Virus record (IMG/VR): IMGVR_UViG_3300020034_000020
Location: 1 to 53,070 of that record
DNA from: a virus
Lineage: Duplodnaviria; Caudoviricetes
Strand: one strand, 5' to 3'
Length of the DNA: 53,070 bases
The position numbers and the translations under genes are program-made. Below the pieces are notes generated by a model. That model saw only the letters and a program-made list of their open reading frames with translations, was not told the DNA's origin and ran no database searches. Below are positions 46,542 to 53,070 of the stretch, one piece after another. Numbering within the stretch: the stretch's first letter is position 1; the number at the start of each line of letters is the position of its first letter.

Positions 46542-47231
46542 TTATGTAAATAAAGCCATACGTCTTTTCCGGCGTATGGCAATTTCTTTTTCTGGCTCCG
46601 TCATCGCGCGGTCAAGATCCCAGCCGGAGACAATTCGATTTCGGAGCGTCATTTTTCTGAACCCAAGACGCTCTGTCCACTCGGATAATGTCAGGCTCTC
46701 CCCGTGATATTCCACGCGATGATTATTCCTTTTATTGCGGCACTGCTCTTTTTGGGTAGCCCAGCGGCAATTGTCTTTGCAGTAGCCTTTGTCGTTGTCC
46801 TTTCGGTCGAGGGAGTGCTTGGGAGATGGTCGTTCTCCCATGTCGCCGAGGAACGTTTCGAAAGAATCTCGCCACTCCGGACAAACGGTGATTCCTCGGC
46901 CTCCGTATTGGTCGTAGTTATGGATTTTTGGGTTTTCCGTGCGCTGAATAATTTGAGCCCAAATCCGGAATTCGTCCGTGTCGGTTTTTCCGTGGGTCAA
47001 AACTCGCTCTCGCGAACGCTCGCTTTGAAGGCATCCGCAACTTCTGGTTGCTCCCTTGATGAGGTAAGTCCCTCGCGAAATCTTCTCTTTGCCGCAATCG
47101 CACAAGCACCTCCATTGCGCATGGTGCATCTCCGTTACTCCGACGAATTCTTGGACCACGAGCCGACCAAATCTTTGGCCGCGAATATCTTTAACCTCCG
47201 TATTAAACGGGATTTCTTGAGTTTCGTTCAT
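46542..47231 (-). CDS. HNH-type homing endonuclease
   Basis: GQRFGRL, WRCLCDCG, RSCGC, YGGRGITVC, SLDRKDNDKGYCKDNCRWAT. Confidence 0.88.
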   Translation of the reverse strand: MNETQEIPFNTEVKDIRGQRFGRLVVQEFVGVTEMHHAQWRCLCDCGKEKISRGTYLIKGATRSCGCLQSERSRERVLTHGKTDTDEFRIWAQIIQRTENPKIHNYDQYGGRGITVCPEWRDSFETFLGDMGERPSPKHSLDRKDNDKGYCKDNCRWATQKEQCRNKRNNHRVEYHGESLTLSEWTERLGFRKMTLRNRIVSGWDLDRAMTEPEKEIAIRRKRRMALFT

Positions 47232-47243
47232 TGCCTTTTCTTA

Positions 47244-47257
47244 AAGGGTATACCCTT
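47244..47257. promoter_or_regulatory. Palindrome AAGGGTATACCCTT
   Basis: Between the divergent HNH and fibre genes. Confidence 0.75.
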
Positions 47258-47276
47258 GACTAAGGCAAATCCGTAA

Positions 47277-48644
47277 ATGCCACTCTTTAAATTAGGCGGT
47301 GCCACAGCCGGAGTAACAAGTGTGGGGCTCACGGCCCCGCCAATTTTCGCCGTCACGGGAAGTCCCGTCACGACGGCGGGGGTTCTTGCGCTGGCCTTGG
47401 TGACCCAGGCGGCTAATCTCGTTTGGGCAGGTCCGGCCACGGGAGCGGCGGCCAATCCGACTTTTCGCGCCCTAGTCGCGGCGGACATCCCGGACCTCTC
47501 GGGTGTTTACCAGCCGCTTAATACGGAACTGACAGCCATTGCGGCACTCGCCAATGCGAGTGGGGCGCTCACGAATAATGGAAGCGGAGGCTTTTCATAT
47601 GTCATTCCCACGACCGGCACGGTGACGAGCGTGGCCCTCACCGTGCCCAGTTTCCTTTCGGTTGCAGGGTCCCCGGTGACGAGCTCCGGAACCTTGGCGG
47701 TGACTCTCGCCACGCAAACCGCGAACCGGATTTTTGCCGGGCCAACCACCGGGGCAGCAGCAACGCCGACTTTTCGGGCACTCGTGGCCGCCGACTTTGC
47801 GAGCATTCCCGCGACAACCTTTACGATGGCGACGGCCCGGCTCCTGGGGCGGACGACGGCCGCAACGGGAACCGTTGAGGAACTCACGGCAGGAACCTCG
47901 CTTTCGCTGAGTAGTGGTTCACTGAATACGATTCAGGATATTCGGACAAGCGCGACGCCAACTTTTATTGGAGTGAATGGGGCTAGCGGTCTAATACTAA
48001 AGAATGGGGGAACCCAGGCTGTTCTAATCGACGCCTCGTCGAATGTTATCGTAGGAAATCAGGCAGTGGCTGGAGCCATGCTCGACGTTCAAACCGCAAG
48101 CGGTGCGGCCTCGACGATGAGGCTTTTCCAGAACGGAATTTCAAATTGGGTATTTAGCGTACCGGCGAGCACGGACGCCTTAATATTCTCGCAATACGGA
48201 ACCACGGAAAGAGCACGCTTTAGTTCGGTGGGAGACTTTGGGGTAGGTGGTACTCCAGCCGTTCGGCTTCATGTCAAAGCGCCGGCCCCCACCCGCGGAA
48301 TTATCTCGAAAGTCGAAAACTCCTCTTCGGGAACAACTGGAGCGTTTCAGTCATTGGTTGCTGTTGGCGCGAACGTTTGGAGCTTCGGGCTTCCAGCGGG
48401 ATCCGCAGACCTCGTCTTTTACACCGGGAGGGACGAGTCTACCGATGGAACTGAGACCGTCCGATTTTCATCGGGCGGGAATTCGACGTTCGCCGGATCA
48501 ATCAAAACCAACAATCCATCCGGCGGGACCGCCGCGCCTTGCAAAATCGGCTCCGTCACGAGCATCGTCTCGGCCGTCCTTTCACTCAATTACCTCCAGT
48601 TCGACAGTAACGGAACGGCCTATAAAATCGCTCTTCTCACCTGA
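47277..48644 (+). CDS. Fibre-like virion protein (head or tail fibre)
   Basis: T/S/A/G-rich; two copies of VTSV.LT.P...V.GSPVT..G.LA..L.TQ.AN...AGP.TGAAA.PTFRALVAAD; fibre-type RFSS.G motifs. Confidence 0.75.
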   Translation: MPLFKLGGATAGVTSVGLTAPPIFAVTGSPVTTAGVLALALVTQAANLVWAGPATGAAANPTFRALVAADIPDLSGVYQPLNTELTAIAALANASGALTNNGSGGFSYVIPTTGTVTSVALTVPSFLSVAGSPVTSSGTLAVTLATQTANRIFAGPTTGAAATPTFRALVAADFASIPATTFTMATARLLGRTTAATGTVEELTAGTSLSLSSGSLNTIQDIRTSATPTFIGVNGASGLILKNGGTQAVLIDASSNVIVGNQAVAGAMLDVQTASGAASTMRLFQNGISNWVFSVPASTDALIFSQYGTTERARFSSVGDFGVGGTPAVRLHVKAPAPTRGIISKVENSSSGTTGAFQSLVAVGANVWSFGLPAGSADLVFYTGRDESTDGTETVRFSSGGNSTFAGSIKTNNPSGGTAAPCKIGSVTSIVSAVLSLNYLQFDSNGTAYKIALLT

Positions 48645-48648
48645 ACCC

Positions 48649-48915
48649 ATGGCAAAGATTCTCGATCCTACCCCCATTTCGGTTACCCGCATTCGGCGCT
48701 CGATGCGTATTGAGATTCTCTATGATGAATCCGGAGCGGTGACTCAGGTGGTGGCCCATCGCTGGGCCGTCGCGCAGCAAGCGGGACTTGACGTGACGCC
48801 GCCGGTTTATGTGGGGCCGACCCTATTTCTCTCCGCCGTCATTCCCGCCGCGGTCAAAACCCAGCTCCTCGCCCTGGCGACCCTAATCGACAACGCGGAC
48901 ACGGGGCCGGTATAG
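48649..48915 (+). CDS. Small virion-associated hypothetical protein
   Basis: ATG 48649 just after the fibre stop codon. Confidence 0.6.
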   Translation: MAKILDPTPISVTRIRRSMRIEILYDESGAVTQVVAHRWAVAQQAGLDVTPPVYVGPTLFLSAVIPAAVKTQLLALATLIDNADTGPV

Positions 48916-48928
48916 AATTGCCCATTGC

Positions 48929-48942
48929 AAGGGTATACCCTT
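48929..48942. promoter_or_regulatory. Palindrome AAGGGTATACCCTT
   Basis: Intergenic, 10 nt before ATG 48953. Confidence 0.75.
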
Positions 48943-48952
48943 TAAAAAGCTC

Positions 48953-49270
48953 ATGGCGCTCCTGAAATTCACCCAACCCCAGGTCAACGTGCTCCGCACC
49001 CTTCTTGGCCAAGAGGGATACGCCAAGGATTTCGGTGACTTCTACGACGCGGGCAAAGCGTTAAGCGAATGGCCAAAAGAGAAATACCTTCCGCAGACCG
49101 CCAACATAGAGCAGTTCGAGGCTCTCATTGCCGCCGCCCATGAGTTCGAGGTGGACGATAAGGCCAAGGCTATCGTGAAAAAAGCGTTCGACCATTATAT
49201 TTCGAAAGCGGGGGCGCCCACGGACGTTCATTTTCAAGTTTTAACAATTCTGGAAATCGGCCGCTCATGA
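48953..49270 (+). CDS. Hypothetical protein (fibre chaperone-like)
   Basis: Small helical protein downstream of the fibre gene. Confidence 0.55.
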   Translation: MALLKFTQPQVNVLRTLLGQEGYAKDFGDFYDAGKALSEWPKEKYLPQTANIEQFEALIAAAHEFEVDDKAKAIVKKAFDHYISKAGAPTDVHFQVLTILEIGRS

Positions 49271-50295
49271 TTCGCCGCACTCTAGGACAAGCCCGCGCCA
49301 AACTCGCCCGCATCGCCGGGACGAGTGGCTTTAAGATGAACGACCCGCGCATCGTGGACCGAATCAACGACGCGACCGAGGAACTCATGAATGAGGGCGA
49401 TTGGCCCGGCGTAGTCGACCGCTACCTCTTTCAGTCGAATACCGGCGACATCATTTTGCCTTCGTTTCTGGACCGGATAATGGGGGTTGCGCTCAACAAT
49501 ATCCCCTACGCGATGCGCTCGCCCTGGTATGAGTTTGTTGAATACGGTCCCGGCCCCCAGGCGGGATGCAACTGGATTGACACCGTCATCGACCGGGACG
49601 AAACCCCGCTCCAAGTCGCTTTCCCAGGGACGGGCGGCCCTTACTCCCTTTATACGAAATGTGAGCTGGATGAGACGGTTGACGGCGAGACGCCCACCAT
49701 GCTGGTCACAGGATTTCTTGCCAATAGTCGGCGCGAGGTTCGCTCCTTTTTTGGCACGAGTTATATCGACGGCGAACAACTCGACCTCTCCACCCAATTT
49801 TTCGGCACGGCCCAGTTTAGCGAAATTACCGGGGTGGTGAAGCCCGAGACTAACGGCTACGTGGAACTCTGGGCTACGAACGGTTCCTCGTCTCAGGATG
49901 TCCTTCTGGCGAGCTACGCGCCCCAGGAGACGACCCCCAGTTATCACGCCTACTTTATTCCGGCCCTTAAAACCGAGTGGATTGGCCGGGCAATCTGTCC
50001 ACCGTGCGCCCCGGGCTCACGCAATATGCAGATTTTGGTGCGCGGGCGCCGCCGGTTCGTGCCGGTCGAAAACGATAACGACCTCCTCATTATTTCGAAC
50101 CTCCCGGCGATGATAGCCATGATAATGGCCATCCAAAAGCGCGAGATTTCCGACATCGAGGGCTACGGCCAATACAAGGGTGCGGCGGTGGATATTCTGC
50201 GCAAAGAAGCCTTCAGTTACCGCGGCAAAGTAAAGGCGCCTGCGATTACCTTCGATTCGGGCGCCTCGATGGGTGACATGATCTATGTGCGATGA
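49267..50295 (+). CDS. Head-tail adaptor / tail tubular protein A-like
   Basis: RINDATEELM..GDW N-terminal helix pattern; helical C-terminus; position. Confidence 0.65.
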   Translation: MIRRTLGQARAKLARIAGTSGFKMNDPRIVDRINDATEELMNEGDWPGVVDRYLFQSNTGDIILPSFLDRIMGVALNNIPYAMRSPWYEFVEYGPGPQAGCNWIDTVIDRDETPLQVAFPGTGGPYSLYTKCELDETVDGETPTMLVTGFLANSRREVRSFFGTSYIDGEQLDLSTQFFGTAQFSEITGVVKPETNGYVELWATNGSSSQDVLLASYAPQETTPSYHAYFIPALKTEWIGRAICPPCAPGSRNMQILVRGRRRFVPVENDNDLLIISNLPAMIAMIMAIQKREISDIEGYGQYKGAAVDILRKEAFSYRGKVKAPAITFDSGASMGDMIYVR

Positions 50296-51587
50296 ACCGC
50301 ATCCCCTTAGCCGACTGGGCCGCGCAAGTTCCTTGGGCAGGCGTAACGAATAAGCCTGAATGGGTCGGCACGTCGGGCCCCTTGGTTGATCTTTCGGGAG
50401 TGACTTGGGACGGCGTGGCCCCGGGCTTCATTTATTGGAATGGCCAGCGGTTCCTCTCGGTAACGGTCGCCACAGGTCCCGGGGGCGGCGGAACCAAGAT
50501 TAAAGACGGCGACCAGCCCGCGCTTGCGGTGCGCCGCCGACCCCCGGCCAACCCTTCAGGAGAATTCGAAGACGTTTGGGCTCGCTTCGTTTTCAATGTG
50601 AAACTCTACGGCGCCACCGGCACCGGAGTAGACGATCTCCAGGCGATCAATGCGGCTATCTTCGACTTAAACGCCGCCGGAATGGGGATGCTCTATTTCC
50701 CAGCGGGCCGTTATGCGTGCTCCGCACCTCCCGACCGGATTACCGGCTTCTCGCTGGTGAAAGGCGATGGGGTAGGGGTAACGACCCTTATTTTCGAGGG
50801 CGGAAACGGGCTCACCTTTGAGCCCAGTTCGGATGGGTGGAACGCCGCCCAAGGCTTCGCCGTCGAGCAAGTGGGGACGGCGCTAAATTTCCTCTCGGGG
50901 AAAGCGCGGGTTAGTTCGGTTGCCATTAGCTGTTCGGAGGTGGGGTTGTTCCTTGGGGCCGCCTCATCTCCGCTCAGTGGGGCCAGTGTCTCCGACGCTC
51001 AGTTTCTGAGCGCAGGCACGCATGCGACTGCGATCTTGGCCTACGGCACCTCGATCGACCTTGCCGACGTGGAAATATTAGGTACGGGCGAAGCCTGGCT
51101 CCACGGGGTTTCCCTGGAGGAAGGGCTCAACGCGGCTTTTCATGACCTCTATATTTCCAATTGTTTAGAGGAGGCGATTTTCGTTGGCACGAGTGTCACT
51201 CATTCGCGGATCCATGACATCGCTTTTGCCGGTATTCAGGGCGCCCGGGCGGTGAGTGACACCGGGACGAGTAACTACGTGAATGAACTTTTCGGACTGG
51301 GTAGTAACACAGATACCCGGTTCGATCACCGGAAAGAGCTGTATACGGTTTTTGGTTGGGGTCCGGGGACGGTCGCGCCTGGTTACGGGTTTTATGACGA
51401 TTTCGCTGTGCCGGGCGCGGCTTTGGGAGACCAATGTGTGCTCGGTGCGCCTTACTCCTTTTATGAGGGCGTCTCTTCGGAGATTCGCGTCGTCGCAGCC
51501 GACAGTGTCCGCGCGACCCTTTTTAACCTGGGGACGGCCCTAGCCAATTTCCCTTTAGGGAACTGGAAAATGAGAATCTTTAACTAA
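50292..51587 (+). CDS. Tailspike-like beta-helix protein (Pectate_lyase_3-like)
   Basis: FNVKLYGATGTGVDDLQAINAAI...LYFPAGRY, LVKGDGVGVT. Confidence 0.78.
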   Translation: MNRIPLADWAAQVPWAGVTNKPEWVGTSGPLVDLSGVTWDGVAPGFIYWNGQRFLSVTVATGPGGGGTKIKDGDQPALAVRRRPPANPSGEFEDVWARFVFNVKLYGATGTGVDDLQAINAAIFDLNAAGMGMLYFPAGRYACSAPPDRITGFSLVKGDGVGVTTLIFEGGNGLTFEPSSDGWNAAQGFAVEQVGTALNFLSGKARVSSVAISCSEVGLFLGAASSPLSGASVSDAQFLSAGTHATAILAYGTSIDLADVEILGTGEAWLHGVSLEEGLNAAFHDLYISNCLEEAIFVGTSVTHSRIHDIAFAGIQGARAVSDTGTSNYVNELFGLGSNTDTRFDHRKELYTVFGWGPGTVAPGYGFYDDFAVPGAALGDQCVLGAPYSFYEGVSSEIRVVAADSVRATLFNLGTALANFPLGNWKMRIFN

Positions 51588-51595
51588 CCCCCTTC

Positions 51596-53070
51596 ATGCA
51601 ACCTGGTTGGACTCCACTGATTTTTGAGACGTGCGAACTCGGCGTCTCCACGGCCTTTGAGCCTGAACTCATCCCTGACAATCAACTCGTCTGGATGAAA
51701 AACGGCGTGGCTCGGGGCGGCAAGGCCTCCAATCGACCATTCCTTAAGCAACGGATGATTCTGCCCACCGGCAAAGTCCAGGGCGTATCTTATTTCTCGA
51801 TACAAAAGGGCATGCTCATCATGCAGATTGCGGGCCGGGAACACCGGATTCGAATTGCCAATAAAAGTTTCTCCTCCGAAGAAATCCCCCTTTCCTTCCT
51901 TAACTCCTCGGCCCTGCCAGAAGTTTGGATGCAGGAGACGGTCGGTTCAATCGTGATTCAAGACGGCCAGTCCTACGCCATTATTTACGATGGCTCCACG
52001 GCCCGCAGAAGTGACCCGACGAAAAGCGAGGTCCCCATGGGGCGCATGATGGCCTACGGCAACGGGCGCCTTTGGATTGCCATTAACGACAACGAACTCA
52101 TTGCGGGCGACATCAAGACGCGCACGTTTCAAAGCGAATTGAAATTCACCGAGGGCCAATACTTCCTTGGTGGCGGGGCTTTCTACTTTCCTTTTGCCCA
52201 GCGGGGGCTCGCCTTTATTCCGGCCTCGGGCGCGGCGGGCTATGGCTCCCTGATGGTTTTCGGCGAGGCCCAGATGCAGGGCGTTCGGGCCGACATCGCC
52301 TCCCGGGATCTCTGGGCCACCTTCCCGGGGTTTATTCAACCGATTCTTTTGTCGAGTGGTGCCATTAGCCATTTCTCCATCGTCGAAGCCAATCAGGATC
52401 TCTTTTGGCGCGACGGGACCGGCGGCATTCGTTCGGTGCGTAGCTCCGCCTCCGCCGAAATCCAAGGTCCGGGAAATTCGCCGCTCTCCCGTGAGGTCTC
52501 CCGGATTACCGACTACGAATCGGTTCACCGCTTAAGCCAGTGTTCGGCGATCCAATTTAACAACCGCCTTCTCATGACGGCGTCGCCTTTTATCAACATG
52601 TATGGGACGACCTCCTACCGAAATCTGATCTCGATGGACTTCGCCCCCATGTCGAGTTTGCGCGGGAAGGCGCCCCCAGCCTATGACGGACAGTGGGAGG
52701 GGATCAATTTCGTTCGCCTTGTCCAAGGGCAATTTCAAAACGTTCGCCGGGCCTTTGCGGTCTCGACCGATGACGACGGGCTGAACCGCCTGTGGGAAAT
52801 CGTCGATTCAGGGCAGGCGGATCTCTACGAGGCCTGCGACGGTTCGGAAGTCGTAACGGTTAATTCGCCGGTCCCGATGGTCATCGAATACCCGGCCCGG
52901 TCTTTTGGCGACCCCAAGCGCCGCAAAAGGCTGGAGCGGTGCGACGTCTTTCTCGCTGGATTGGACGGCCAGAGTGAACTCAGCGTTTATTGGCGGGCTG
53001 ACAATTACCAGAAGTGGAGCGCTTGGGACGACGTCAGCGCGTGCGCCAAGACGACAGACCCGGCGACCAA
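51596..53070 (+). CDS. Tail tubular/nozzle protein, truncated by the window end (not in the ORF track)
   Basis: MQPGWTPLIFETCELGVS...IPDNQLVWMKNGVARGG...MAYGNGRLWIA; beta-rich; the same frame reads CAKTTDPAT at the window end. Confidence 0.78.
   Translation, partial: MQPGWTPLIFETCELGVSTAFEPELIPDNQLVWMKNGVARGGKASNRPFLKQRMILPTGKVQGVSYFSIQKGMLIMQIAGREHRIRIANKSFSSEEIPLSFLNSSALPEVWMQETVGSIVIQDGQSYAIIYDGSTARRSDPTKSEVPMGRMMAYGNGRLWIAINDNELIAGDIKTRTFQSELKFTEGQYFLGGGAFYFPFAQRGLAFIPASGAAGYGSLMVFGEAQMQGVRADIASRDLWATFPGFIQPILLSSGAISHFSIVEANQDLFWRDGTGGIRSVRSSASAEIQGPGNSPLSREVSRITDYESVHRLSQCSAIQFNNRLLMTASPFINMYGTTSYRNLISMDFAPMSSLRGKAPPAYDGQWEGINFVRLVQGQFQNVRRAFAVSTDDDGLNRLWEIVDSGQADLYEACDGSEVVTVNSPVPMVIEYPARSFGDPKRRKRLERCDVFLAGLDGQSELSVYWRADNYQKWSAWDDVSACAKTTDPAT

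Larger units (their letters stand above)
1..53070. mobile_element. Near-complete temperate podovirus-like bacteriophage genome
   Basis: TerL, portal, scaffold, capsid, tail tubular and ejection proteins, integrase, DnaB and RecT are present. No tape measure, tail tube or host housekeeping genes recognised. The gene cut at the right edge appears to continue at the left edge. Confidence 0.93.

Noticed and set aside
47277-51587. Diversity-generating retroelement acting on the fibre or spike
   Set aside because: No reverse transcriptase and no TR/VR pair differing at adenines was seen.

Overview
The window is an apparently near-complete, probably circular, ~53 kb temperate podovirus-like phage genome. 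Host hints (a Verrucomicrobia-type excisionase-like protein, a PVC-type small gene pair, few Shine-Dalgarno motifs) point to Verrucomicrobia/PVC; this is inference. Layout: (1) a rightward late region, 32.9 kb to the window end and on through 1-11.05 kb, with TerL, a glycosyltransferase/methyltransferase cluster, portal, scaffold, capsid, fibre, tail proteins, a 2OG-oxygenase, a SET protein, three ejection proteins, lipoprotein/holin and RusA-like ORFs; (2) a leftward replication/recombination operon (RHH, Xis, RecT, exonuclease VIII-like, initiator with iterons, DnaB); (3) a tyrosine integrase with a candidate attP; (4) a ~0.8 kb structured non-coding region with a tRNA-like domain; (5) two leftward operons of small genes separated by an isolated TerS-like gene. 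Most unusual signals: a RusA-like resolvase whose motifs are split between two almost fully overlapping frames; the structured ncRNA; a large set of candidate virion-modifying enzymes; a Zn-ribbon gene carrying a copy of an ejection-protein N-terminus; and a genome-wide palindrome AAGGGTATACCCTT. All protein calls come from motifs read by eye; no searches were run.
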